The notes beneath the pieces are model-generated. The model was given only the letters and a program-made list of their open reading frames with translations, did not search any database and was not told the origin of the DNA. The translations under genes were made by a program, and so were the position numbers. Of a stretch of 64,000 nucleotides of DNA, positions 1 to 9,257 are shown piece after piece; positions within the stretch are counted from its first letter, which is position 1, and every line of letters begins with the position of its first letter. The stretch comes from Dehalococcoidia bacterium (GTDB lineage Bacteria; Chloroflexota; Dehalococcoidia; Plut-88900): NCBI GenBank assembly GCA_965197645.1, contig OZ240219.1, positions 800,001-864,000 on the forward strand, given 5' to 3'.

Positions 1-234
1 TTTCTTGAGGTTCCATTAGTTGCTAAAGCCTGCGCCGCCCCGAAAAAAACACAAAAGATCCCCCAAGGAGAAAGCGCATGCTTGAAAAAATCCGCCTCCT
101 ACAGGCCCCTTATCGACCGCACCGGAAGGCTCCTTCCGGACCTTCCGGACCCCTACGCTCCTGCCTCCCTGCCGACCTTTCGGAGGTCGATTTCTTGGGC
201 CATCCGACGAGCTTCAAAATCCGTCGGTATAGGG

Positions 235-265
235 AGGATACCACCCCCGCTTTCGTTGGTGTCAA
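235..265 (-). promoter_or_regulatory. Candidate sigma70 promoter driving leftward transcription through a structured leader
   Basis: Minus strand TTGACA (265-260), 19-nt spacer, TGG-TATCCT (240-235), AT-rich upstream; spacer is longer than optimal. Confidence 0.4.
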
Positions 266-367
266 TGGCATTAAAGGCCAATTTTTGCGCTCTTTTACAC
301 CGATTTTCGAGCCCTGTTCCCAGGCCCAATTTTGGCCCTTTTGTACTGCCGAAGCGCCGGCCATATA

Positions 368-1330
368 ATGACCTCAAGCGTGCTGGATACGGACTCCATA
401 AGAACGGTTTTCATGGGCACCCCGACCTTTGCGGTGCCTGCTCTGGAAGCCCTGATAGACTCGGGATATCGGGTGGTTGGCGCCTACACCCAGCCGGACC
501 GGGGTTCGGGTCGTGGCCGAAAACCCGTCGAGTCCCTAGTCAAAGAGCTGGCTCGACAACGAGGTGTCCCGGTCTACCAGACCGCCTCCTTCAAAATGGA
601 AGATGCCGTCGCTGAGCTGTCCTCTCTGGAGCCGGACCTCATCGTCGTAGCAGCTTACGGTCTGATTCTTCCTCAGGCTGTCCTGGAGATCCCCAGCCAC
701 GATGTGCTAAACGTCCATCCTTCCCTGCTTCCCCGCCACCGTGGCCCTTCCCCGGTAGCCGGCGCCCTCCTGGCCGGTGACGAAACAACCGGAGTGACGA
801 TAATGCTCGTCGAGATGCGTGTGGATGCGGGGCCAATACTCAGCCAGACCGAGGTCCCCATCCAGCCGGATGACAACGCCGGTTCGCTCACCGAAAAGCT
901 GGCCCAACGCGGCGCCGATCTGCTGGTCAAGACCCTGCCCGGCTGGCTGGGGGGCGAGATCGAGCCCCGTGTCCAGGACGATTCCCAGGCAACCTACAGC
1001 AGGATCATCAAGAAGGGGGACGGCGAGATCGACTGGAGTCTTCCCGCGGAGGATATCCGGCGTCGTATCCGTGCCTTCGATCCGTGGCCCGGCGCCTTCA
1101 CCCGATGGCAGGGAAAGCGGCTCAAGGTCCTGGACGCCATCCCCCTCCCCGACGCGCCCCAGCTTCCGCTCGGCAGTGTCTACAGGGGGAGTAACGATAA
1201 CGTCTCCGTGGGGACAGGCACGGGACCGTTGGCTCTTCGGCGGGTCCAGCTGGAGGGCCGTAGACCCGTCGACGTGGATGCCTTCGTCAGGGGATATCCG
1301 ACATTCCCCGGCAGCCTTCTGCCTTCCTGA
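368..1330 (+). CDS. fmt: Methionyl-tRNA formyltransferase
   Basis: FMGTPxFA, YTQPDR, VAAYGLILP, NVHPSLLPRHRGPSP motifs; start may be GTG 380 because TATAAT (364-369) overlaps the ATG. Confidence 0.96.
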   Translation: MTSSVLDTDSIRTVFMGTPTFAVPALEALIDSGYRVVGAYTQPDRGSGRGRKPVESLVKELARQRGVPVYQTASFKMEDAVAELSSLEPDLIVVAAYGLILPQAVLEIPSHDVLNVHPSLLPRHRGPSPVAGALLAGDETTGVTIMLVEMRVDAGPILSQTEVPIQPDDNAGSLTEKLAQRGADLLVKTLPGWLGGEIEPRVQDDSQATYSRIIKKGDGEIDWSLPAEDIRRRIRAFDPWPGAFTRWQGKRLKVLDAIPLPDAPQLPLGSVYRGSNDNVSVGTGTGPLALRRVQLEGRRPVDVDAFVRGYPTFPGSLLPS

Positions 1331-1419
1331 CCTGATCCGCGGTTCAGATTCCTGGTCAGCGCCTGTGTCGATGGAATGGTACCCCAGTCCCGACGGGTTC
1401 CGCCTGCCCTCCCGCCCGG

Positions 1420-1657
1420 CTTGCTTCGCTCCCTTCGACTGCCCTCAGGACTAACTCTCCCCGTCGCTCGCAACGACGGCCTCGTCATTGCGAGACCCGA
1501 CGAAGTCGGGGCGTGGCAATCTAGCCAGATCCGGCCGTTGACCCGGCGGAGTCGTATACCCCACCACCCCAGATTGCTTCGCTCCCACGGACTCCCCTCA
1601 GAACCAACTCCCCTTGTCGCTCGCAACGACGGCAACCGTTAGACTGAGTCCGTACTT
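1420..1657. repeat. Family A palindromic repeat cluster (L arm, R arm, linker, L arm, spacer, truncated R)
   Basis: TTGCTTCGCTCC...GCTCGCAACGAC and GTCATTGCGAG..CCCGACnAAGTCGGGGCGTGGCAATCT recur at 45.9, 50.5, 57.3, 58.6 and 62.0 kb. Confidence 0.9.
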
Positions 1658-2475
1658 CCGTCATTGCTCATCACGTGCTCGGCGATCTCCGAGGCCTTCC
1701 AGAACCCCACGTTGGGCTTGCCCAGCATGTGCCGGATGGTTCGCTCCAGGGCCGATATCCGGCCCGGATGGCCGGTGAGCTGGGGGTGCATCACCAGCGC
1801 CATGCACCGCCCGTCTTTGTACAGCCCGTCGAACTCGGCGATCCAGGTCTTGGCCACCGAGACGGGGCTTCGATTCGGTCCCCTGATGTCGAGGGCCGGG
1901 ACGTAGGCATAGTAGGAAAAATCGTCGAGCAGCCAGTGGAAGGGGATTTCCACCAGACTGCCCTTGTCGGTCTCGAGGATGTAGGGAGCATCGTCGTCGG
2001 ACAGGCTGCTGTCGTAGGCCAGGCCTCGTTCCGCTGCCAGGGTTGCGGTGTTCTTCCCCGGCTCACCCGGGCTCCGATAGCCCACAACCTTCACCCCGGC
2101 CGCCTTTTCCAGGGCCTCCAGTCCGCGGTCCATGTCCTCTGCCTCCTCCTCCAGGCTGATCTCCACCGGCCTCTTGTGCATGTAGCCGTGACCCGAGACC
2201 TCATGTCCCCGCGCGACTATCTCCACGACCATCTCCGGGTACTGCTCCGCGGTGTAACCGGGAGTGAAGAAGGTGCCCTTGAGTCCGTACTCGTCCAGCA
2301 GGTTGAGTATCCTGGGCACTCCCACCCTGGGGCCGTAGTCCCCCATGGTCATCATTACAGGCCGGTTGCGATTGTCCGGGTTGCGGCCTATCCAGCTGCT
2401 CTGCCCGTCGATATCGAAGCCCAAGTTCACAGCGCACTGCACGTCCCCCGGCCAAAGTCCCGTCATTTGGACCAC
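1639..2475 (-). CDS. Polysaccharide deacetylase (CE4, PgdA/PuuE-like) family protein
   Basis: GFDID, YGPRVGVPRIL, GHEVxxHGYxH, GYRSP, YDSS, MHP motifs. Confidence 0.9.
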   Translation of the reverse strand: MVQMTGLWPGDVQCAVNLGFDIDGQSSWIGRNPDNRNRPVMMTMGDYGPRVGVPRILNLLDEYGLKGTFFTPGYTAEQYPEMVVEIVARGHEVSGHGYMHKRPVEISLEEEAEDMDRGLEALEKAAGVKVVGYRSPGEPGKNTATLAAERGLAYDSSLSDDDAPYILETDKGSLVEIPFHWLLDDFSYYAYVPALDIRGPNRSPVSVAKTWIAEFDGLYKDGRCMALVMHPQLTGHPGRISALERTIRHMLGKPNVGFWKASEIAEHVMSNDGSTDSV

Positions 2476-2500
2476 CTCGCTCCCACTACTTTCAGGGTCC

Positions 2501-3367
2501 TTACTTAACCTTCGACTTGGGCCCGTAAGGCTCGGGCAGGAACGGCCCGTCGCGGGCCTCGAGGAAGGCCCTCATTCCACCCTTGGCCTGGGCTTCCAGC
2601 AACGCCTCCCGATCCTTGCCGTGGGAGCTGTGGGCAATCGAAGACAATGCAGCGTTGACCTTCATTGCGGCCCCCAGGCCCATCGCTTCCAGGCCCATCC
2701 AGGTGACCGCTTTGTTGATCCGAACCGACGCCTCCGGCACTTTGGAGATCCGCTCCGCCAACGTCCAGGTCTCTTCTTCCAGCTTATCGACGGGCACCAC
2801 CTTGTTGACGATCCCGAGCCGGTACGCCTCCTCTACTCCCATGTGATCACCGGTGAGCCCCCATCGGTGGGCCTGCTTCCAGTTGGTCAGCGCCGCCAGC
2901 AGGAACGACGTGTTGGACACGTGGCGCACCTCGGGCTGCCCGAACACCGCATCTTCGGCAGCGATGGTCATGTCGCAGGCCATGCTGTACCAGAAGCCGC
3001 CACCCAGGCAGTAACCCCGCACCGAAGCGATGACGGGCACACCCAGTTTCCAGATGTGTTGCAGGTTCTGGGTGTGGTCGCCGTCCTGGCCCCACCACCG
3101 TTTGAGATACTGGCCTATTTCAAGCCCCTCGGCATCGTTCATCGACTTGCCGTCCTCCGTGGGCTTGATGTCGTACCCGGCGGAGAAGGAGCGCCCTGCG
3201 CCGGTCAGGATCACGGCGCGGACCTCATCGTCCCGGTCCGCTTCGTCCAGGGCCGAGTGCACCTCCTGCACCAGCTCTTCGCTCAGAGCGTTCAAAGCCT
3301 CCGGTCTGTTCAGCGTAATCTTGGCGATCTTGTCCGCTTTCTCATACAAAATAGCTTCATATGCCAT
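2501..3367 (-). CDS. Enoyl-CoA hydratase/isomerase family protein
   Basis: ITLNRPEALNAL, FSAGYDI, PVIASVRGYCLGGG, FGQPE. Confidence 0.93.
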   Translation of the reverse strand: MAYEAILYEKADKIAKITLNRPEALNALSEELVQEVHSALDEADRDDEVRAVILTGAGRSFSAGYDIKPTEDGKSMNDAEGLEIGQYLKRWWGQDGDHTQNLQHIWKLGVPVIASVRGYCLGGGFWYSMACDMTIAAEDAVFGQPEVRHVSNTSFLLAALTNWKQAHRWGLTGDHMGVEEAYRLGIVNKVVPVDKLEEETWTLAERISKVPEASVRINKAVTWMGLEAMGLGAAMKVNAALSSIAHSSHGKDREALLEAQAKGGMRAFLEARDGPFLPEPYGPKSKVK

Positions 3368-3434
3368 GTGAACCTCCTAAGGTTGCTGAAGTTGACTGTT
3401 GCTCCTGTACCGTCGGCTTTATCAAACGACTCGC

Positions 3435-4220
3435 TCACGCCGCCGTCCAGCCGGCGTCTATCGTCAGCGTCTGGCCCGTGACCAGGTCCGACGCCGGGGC
3501 CGCCAGGTACACCGCCGCCCCGATCACGTCTTCCCACCTGCCCAGGCGCCCCAAGGGCATCTTCGGCACCATCTCTTCCATGAACGCCGGGTCCCGCACC
3601 CGGGGGCTGTTGGACGGCGTCTCGATGTGCGTAGGCGCCAGGGCGTTCACCGTGATGCCGTAGGGCGCCCACTCCAGCGCCAGAGTCCTGGTCAGAGCTA
3701 TCACCCCGCCCTTGGCCGCGCTGTAGGCCGATCGGTTGGGGTACCCGACCACGCCGAACTGGGAGGACATGTTGATCACCTTTCCAAAGCCCTGCTCTAT
3801 CATCACCTTGCCCACCGCCTTGCAGCAGTAGAACACCGAGGTCAGATTGACCTTGAGCAGCGCCTCCCATTCCTCGGGGTCGAGGTCGACGATCGCTCCA
3901 CCGGCCAGCGGCCTGCCGGCGTTGTTGACCAGGATGTCTATCCTCCCCAACTCCTCGACGGTACGGGCGGTCATCTGTTCGCACTGGGCCGGGTCGGTAA
4001 CGTCGGTGACCGAGACTACGGCTCTCCTGCCCATCCGTTCAACCTGGCGCGCCACCCTCTTCATCTCTTCCTCGCTGCGAGCGGCCAACACCACGTCGGC
4101 GCCGGCGTTGGCCAGGCCGATGGCTATAGCCTCGCCCAACCCACGGCTCGCTCCGGTGACGATGGCCGCCTTCCCGCCCAGGAAGAAGCTGGCCTTGCCC
4201 AGGTTTACTCTCTCTTCCAT
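3435..4220 (-). CDS. Short-chain dehydrogenase/reductase (KduD/FabG-like)
   Basis: TGASRGLG, NNAG, YSAAK catalytic motif. Confidence 0.94.
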   Translation of the reverse strand: MEERVNLGKASFFLGGKAAIVTGASRGLGEAIAIGLANAGADVVLAARSEEEMKRVARQVERMGRRAVVSVTDVTDPAQCEQMTARTVEELGRIDILVNNAGRPLAGGAIVDLDPEEWEALLKVNLTSVFYCCKAVGKVMIEQGFGKVINMSSQFGVVGYPNRSAYSAAKGGVIALTRTLALEWAPYGITVNALAPTHIETPSNSPRVRDPAFMEEMVPKMPLGRLGRWEDVIGAAVYLAAPASDLVTGQTLTIDAGWTAA

Positions 4221-4311
4221 TGGACTTACATCCTCGTCGATGGGACGTTATCATATCACGCAGCAGTCCAATTCATGGGACAGTCCAACAGACCCGGAGG
4301 GGAGGAACACC

Positions 4312-4752
4312 ATCAGCAGGGCTCGAACGTTCGGCGCTATCCTTCTGCTGGGTCTTCTGGCCGCGGCTCTCGCCGGATGCTGTCCGACCGGGTACGAAGC
4401 CGATCTGGCCGAGCAGATCACCGTTCCCAACTTCGACGCCTCCTATCCCGTTCACGGCGAGGTGCTGACCAAGCCTCCCGACCTGATCGACGTCAGCTTC
4501 AAGACGGAGCTCCAGGAAGGGTCCACCTTCAGCGTGTACCTGTACGATGAGGCCGTGTCCATCGGTGAGGTCGTGATTTCTGAAGACCCCTGGCTGTACG
4601 CCCTGTCCATGGGCGCTTCCTTCGAGGGAGATACGGGAGAGGAAGACTCAGCCGATGGCGTCTACCATGTCTATTACACCGCCTGTTGGGCCGACGGCTC
4701 CTGTGACGAGGGCTTGTTCGGGTTCATCGTTGACTCCACTTCGGCGCAATAA
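4312..4752 (+). CDS. CopC-like lipoprotein (possible non-canonical ATC start)
   Basis: Lipobox LAG-C; SYPxHGEVLTKPP...F and GVYHVYY..CWADGSC..G.F.F.V fit a CopC Ig-fold; SD GGAGG precedes ATC 4312; alternative ATG at 4240 lacks an SD. Confidence 0.6.
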   Translation: MSRARTFGAILLLGLLAAALAGCCPTGYEADLAEQITVPNFDASYPVHGEVLTKPPDLIDVSFKTELQEGSTFSVYLYDEAVSIGEVVISEDPWLYALSMGASFEGDTGEEDSADGVYHVYYTACWADGSCDEGLFGFIVDSTSAQ

Positions 4753-4832
4753 CACATCCTAGTCATTCGCGGGAGCGTCCCGCCAGGTGCCGCCCGGCAA
4801 GTGGAAGGTCGGGATGATAACCGAGCGCAGTC

Positions 4833-4841
4833 TGCTATAGT
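4833..4841 (+). promoter_or_regulatory. Extended -10 promoter candidate for the AhpD-like/amidohydrolase/OsmC operon
   Basis: TGcTATAGT ~45 nt upstream of ATG 4885. Confidence 0.4.
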
Positions 4842-4884
4842 TAGCGGCCGAGTCGAATCCATAAATCAAGGGGAGGAGCATCAC

Positions 4885-5436
4885 ATGTCCTGGATCAAGG
4901 AGCCCGGCGACAACCCGTGGAACGTCTACAATGTCATGTCCCTCAACCCAAAGGCGATGCAAGCCATGGCCCGGTTCGGTCAGGCCGCCGCCCATGGTGG
5001 GTCTCCGTTGACGCTGGCCCAGGAAGAGGCGATAGCGACGGTGGTCTCCGTCATCAACAGGTGCCGCTACTGAACCACTCACCACGGAAAGGCTTTCCGT
5101 GACGCCACCGAAGACAGCGAGGCCGCCAGCCACCTGATGCACGACTACACAACCGCCGACCTCGATCCGCAGACCCGGGGCATACTGGACTATGCAGCCA
5201 AGCTTACGCGGGAACCCTGGTCAGTCCGGGAGGAGGACGTGGTTGCGCTCAGGGATCTAGGCCTCACCGATGAGCAGGTGCTGGCGGTGGTCCTCATCGT
5301 CTGCTACTACTCGTTCCTCACCCGCATAGCCGATGGCCTCGGCATCGATATTGAGGGGGGAATCGCCGAGGAGGTCCAGTCCTGGCTCGCCGGCCCCGCC
5401 AAGGAACAGGACTGGCTGGTAAAAAGGCACGGCTAG
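4885..5436 (+). CDS. AhpD/carboxymuconolactone decarboxylase-like peroxidase-related selenoprotein (183 aa, Sec63)
   Basis: SD GGAGG then ATG 4885; ...VSVINRCRY-TGA(5071-5073)-TTHHG continues in frame into ORF 5137-5436; matches the AhpD NxCxYCxxHH motif. Confidence 0.9.
5083..5101 (+). promoter_or_regulatory. SECIS-like hairpin (AhpD-like gene)
   Basis: CACGGAA-AGGCT-TTCCGTG perfect stem starting 10 nt after the UGA. Confidence 0.7.
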
Positions 5437-5448
5437 AGGAGCGGCAGC

Positions 5449-6378
5449 GTGGTCATCGATATACATAACCACCTCTGGACCCGGGACGCCCTGCCCGATG
5501 CCTGGTGGAAGATGTACTCCACCTTCTTCTCCACCTACATCCCCGACTCTTCCTTCTCCGGCACCCCCGAGGAGATCGACGCCGGGCTCTTCGAAAAGGC
5601 CTTCGACCCCGACGGCGCCAGTTGTCTGCGAGAGATGGACGAGGCCGCAATCGATGTCACGGTCAACATGCCCGTAGACGTCGATTGCGCTATCGGCGCC
5701 CCCGTCAAGCCCATCGAGCAGCAGAACCAGGAGCTTTCCGACCTGGCTAGAAAGCACCCCGATAGGTATCGCTTCTTCTGCTCCATCGATCCTCGCAAAG
5801 AGAGAGCGCTGGAGTTCGTGGAGAGGGCCGTCGAAGACTGGGGGGCCACCGGTTTCAAGCTCCACCCCAACATGACGGGCCTCTATCCCTGGCACGAGAC
5901 GGCCTACCCCATATACGGAAGGCTCCAGGATCTGGGCCTGCCGGTCCTGGCGCACACCGGCCCCATGTTCGAGCCGCTGGAGCCCAAGTTCAGCCACCCC
6001 CGGGAGTTCGATAAGGTCCTTGCCGACTTCCCCGACCTCACCGTCATAGGCGCCCACATGGGACTGATGTACTGGCGAGACCTGGTCGAGATCGCCCAGC
6101 GGAGACACAACCTCCTCACCGACTTCTCGGCCTTCCAGCACGAGGCCGGCGGCAATCTGGGACGCTTTTGTGCGGTCCTGCGTCGCTGCATCGATGGCTT
6201 CGGTGTCGACCGGGTCCTCTTCGGCTGCGACGGCCCCGTTTGGACCATGTGGTACACCCGCAAGTGGTGGGTTGACCTGATAAAGGGCCTCCCCGACAAC
6301 GCCCCCGAGGGGTTCACCTTCACCCAGGATGAGGTCGACGCCTTGCTCTACGTTAATGCCGGGAGGATTCTGAAATAA
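5449..6378 (+). CDS. Amidohydrolase family 2 protein
   Basis: IDIHNH, GFKLHP, HTG, AHMG, LFGCDGP. Confidence 0.92.
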   Translation: MVIDIHNHLWTRDALPDAWWKMYSTFFSTYIPDSSFSGTPEEIDAGLFEKAFDPDGASCLREMDEAAIDVTVNMPVDVDCAIGAPVKPIEQQNQELSDLARKHPDRYRFFCSIDPRKERALEFVERAVEDWGATGFKLHPNMTGLYPWHETAYPIYGRLQDLGLPVLAHTGPMFEPLEPKFSHPREFDKVLADFPDLTVIGAHMGLMYWRDLVEIAQRRHNLLTDFSAFQHEAGGNLGRFCAVLRRCIDGFGVDRVLFGCDGPVWTMWYTRKWWVDLIKGLPDNAPEGFTFTQDEVDALLYVNAGRILK

Positions 6379-6380
6379 TA

Positions 6381-6809
6381 ATGGACACCGTAAGAGTCGA
6401 GACGTTCCGAAACCTCCAGCAGGTAGCCACCACCGTCAATCACTCGTTAGTGGCCGACGAGCCGCCCGGCGCCGGAGATGACCTGGGACCCAACCCCTAC
6501 GAGCTCCTCCTCAGCTCCCTGGGCACCTGAACCACCATCACCCTCTCGCTGTATGCGCGGAGAAAAGAGTGGCCCCTGGAGGGTGTTGTTGCCGAGCTCA
6601 GCCACGAGCGGGTCCACGCCAGGGACTGCCAGGAGTGCGAAGAGAACGATGACACCAGGCTGGACGTCATCCGCATCTATCTCCAGCTAAAAGGCCCTCT
6701 CTCCGAGGAGCAGGTCGAAAGGCTGCACCTGATCTCCCAGCGTTGCCCGGTCCATCGCACCTTGGAAGGCGGCCCCAGGATGTTCACCGAGACCGATCTG
6801 GTCTCATAA
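6381..6809 (+). CDS. OsmC/YhfA-like selenoprotein (142 aa, Sec50); absent from the ORF track
   Basis: ATG 6381 ..ADEP..GDDLGPNPYELLLSSLGT-TGA(6528-6530)-TTITLSLYARRKEWPLE..RCPVHRTL..TAA 6807-6809; UGA replaces the first catalytic Cys. Confidence 0.9.
6543..6562 (+). promoter_or_regulatory. SECIS-like hairpin (OsmC gene)
   Basis: CTCTCGC-TGTAT-GCGCGGAG, bulged stem starting 13 nt after the UGA. Confidence 0.5.
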
Positions 6810-6842
6810 CCCCTACAGCGACGCTGCAATCACCCGCAAACC

Positions 6843-6933
6843 GGGGAGTCCAGAGGGCTTCCCTCTGGCAGGGGGTTTGGGGGATGTGCCCCAAAAGCAA
6901 ATCGTCCCAGGGTGGTTGGGCGGGAAAACAAAC
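6843..6933 (+). repeat. Family B interspersed repeat
   Basis: GGGAGTCCAGAGGG..CCCTCTGGCAGGGGGTTTGGGGGATGTGCCCC..GGGTGGTTGGG; also at 20.6, 46.0 and 58.5 kb; partial extra copy ~7054-7075. Confidence 0.85.
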
Positions 6934-7201
6934 GCGGGAGACCCGTCGGATGCAGTCTGGGGTGAGAGGGTGGTGTCTTCAAAGCCAACAAAATGAACAC
7001 TCTTTCCGGTATAATCGACCCTGTCAGGAACACCTCATCATAGAGGCCTATCTCGGGCGGGCTGGGAAACAAACAGGTAGGAAATCCTCGAAGCGGACGT
7101 TGCTCTGAGACGGCACGTTTTACTGGACGCCACCACACATCCGGGTTAGCGCCCTTAGGAGATGGTCGTCATAATCTCTAAGGGCATCCAGGGGTATAGA
7201 G

Positions 7202-7945
7202 ATGCCGAATGACACGATAACGTTCGAATTGGGCGGCCGGGTAGCGATACAAAAGTTCTGTGACGGCGTTGGGCATTTAAAGCGCCTCGTTGACGCATTA
7301 ACTCAAGGCCGGGGCGTAACTTGGGTTGTAGAAGACTTACAGGCCAGTAGCGCCATTACAACTTTGCGCGGCGAGGCGGAAGATGGTGGGCTCGTTGAGC
7401 AAATCGTGAGGGATTACGCTGAAGTGGGAAGCGCCCTTGAACGTCATGAAATCCCACAGGATAGCCCACAGATAACTCAAGCTGCTAGCGCTATCCAATC
7501 GTTTGCCGGATCTATTGATTATGTGCGGTTTGAGACCCCCGAGAACGATTACACGATTCTTGGCAATAGTACCGGGGCAGAGCATCAGCATCGCACTCTG
7601 CAGACTAGCATTGGAGCCGTGGTCGGTCGAGTACAAACGCTAAGCAACCGAGGAGGACTCCGGTTCAATTTGTACGACACCATTCACGATAAAGCGGTTT
7701 CGTGTTACCTCCAACAAGGACAGGAAGAGCTTATACGGGAAGTCTGGGGGAAAAGGGTCACTGTTAGCGGGACTGTATCTAGAGAAAGGCACCTAGGCCG
7801 CCCGGTAGCCATTCGTCACATTTTGAGCATTGACGTCTTAGAAGACATCGCCCAAGGGTCTTATCATCGTGCCAGGGGAGCGGTCTTGTGGCGAGAGGGC
7901 GATAAGATGCCTGAGGAAATTATCCGGCATTTGAGAGATGCCTAA
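7202..7945 (+). CDS. Hypothetical protein (possible OB-fold C-terminus), partner of the PIN gene
   Basis: 247-aa ORF in a lower-GC stretch overlapping the next gene by 8 nt. Confidence 0.75.
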   Translation: MPNDTITFELGGRVAIQKFCDGVGHLKRLVDALTQGRGVTWVVEDLQASSAITTLRGEAEDGGLVEQIVRDYAEVGSALERHEIPQDSPQITQAASAIQSFAGSIDYVRFETPENDYTILGNSTGAEHQHRTLQTSIGAVVGRVQTLSNRGGLRFNLYDTIHDKAVSCYLQQGQEELIREVWGKRVTVSGTVSRERHLGRPVAIRHILSIDVLEDIAQGSYHRARGAVLWREGDKMPEEIIRHLRDA

Positions 7946-8447
7946 CAATCGCACCATCGTTTATTGGGATGCGTGTGTCCTTCTGTCGTATATCAACGGA
8001 ATTGCAGACCGCATGCCCATCTTAGATGCTCTGCTGGCAAGCAGTGCCAGCGATAATGGTGATATCAAACTGCACTCATCAGCCATAGCGAGAGTAGAGG
8101 TAGCTTTCGGTGTTGCTGAGAAAGAAAAGAAGGCTCTGGACCCGAAGGTAGAGCAGCAAATAGATGCCCTTTGGGCAGACCCGGCTGCTGTTGTTACAGT
8201 AGATTATCATGATGGGATAGGAACGATGGCGAGACGGCTAATCAGGGCTGCACTTACTAAGGGGTGGAGTCTGAAGCCAGCCGATGCTATTCACTTAGCC
8301 ACCGCCCAGTGGTTGGCAGAAGTTACTGGCCAAAAGGTTGAGTTTCATACTTACAGTAAAGACCTTCCACGATTCGCGACCCTAACTGATTACCAGATTA
8401 GCCAGCCGATTATCGCCCAACCACAGTTTGATTGGCCACCGGAGTAA
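7938..8447 (+). CDS. PIN domain (VapC-like) protein
   Basis: YWDACV, HSSAIARVEV, LKPADAIHLATA. Confidence 0.85.
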   Translation: MPNNRTIVYWDACVLLSYINGIADRMPILDALLASSASDNGDIKLHSSAIARVEVAFGVAEKEKKALDPKVEQQIDALWADPAAVVTVDYHDGIGTMARRLIRAALTKGWSLKPADAIHLATAQWLAEVTGQKVEFHTYSKDLPRFATLTDYQISQPIIAQPQFDWPPE

Positions 8448-8599
8448 AGCTAAAGCTTCTCTCGCACGATTGTACTGTCTACCACGTAGTACCTCGGAAC
8501 AGGCGCAGTACCGATCACTTGGACGACTTACATCTGCTGTGTGGGCCAAGCGGCTTTTTATAGTACACTTCCACCACTGACCGTCGCAGGAGGAGTGGG

Positions 8600-9154
8600 A
8601 TGACCACCAAGCAACGAGCCACCTACAAGAGCTTCGCTGAGAGCACTGCCGAGGACTGGGCGGCACAGGCTGCCTTCTCCCAGCAGAACGCCGACCGCTT
8701 GACCGACTCCCTCCTGGACATGCTCGTACGGCTGAAGGACATAGACGAGGGTGGCCCGATCTCCACTTACGATCACTCCCTGCAGTCGGCTACCCGCGCC
8801 TACGAGGACGGCGCCGACGACGAGACCATCTTCATAGCCCTCCTCCACGACGTCAGCCAGGACATATCGGGAGAGAACCATTCCGAGGTAGCCGCCGCCA
8901 TGCTGCGCCCCTACATCTCCGATAAAGCCCACTGGATAGTGCAGCATCACGGCATATTCCAGGGCTATTACTTCTGGCACTACATGGGCAGGGACCGGAA
9001 CGCCCGGGATGCCTACCGAGACCACCCCTACTTCGACGCCTGCCTGGAGTGGTGCGACAAATACGACCAGAACGCCTTCGACCCGGACTACCCCTCAAAG
9101 CCCCTGGAGTTCTTCGAACCCCTGGTCCGTCGCATCATGTCCCGGAAGCGTTAG
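8600..9154 (+). CDS. HD-domain protein (PhnZ/TmpB-like pattern)
   Basis: HSLQSATRA, ALLHD, NH, HH motifs; SD AGGAGG. Confidence 0.85.
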   Translation: MTTKQRATYKSFAESTAEDWAAQAAFSQQNADRLTDSLLDMLVRLKDIDEGGPISTYDHSLQSATRAYEDGADDETIFIALLHDVSQDISGENHSEVAAAMLRPYISDKAHWIVQHHGIFQGYYFWHYMGRDRNARDAYRDHPYFDACLEWCDKYDQNAFDPDYPSKPLEFFEPLVRRIMSRKR

Positions 9155-9257
9155 GCTTTGGATCGGCTCCCCCAAAACAGACTCCATCCCCAGCTTCGGC
9201 GCCGGTCGGTTATTCCGGCAAGCTCCGCCTCGGACGGACGACGAGGAGTCCGCTGAT

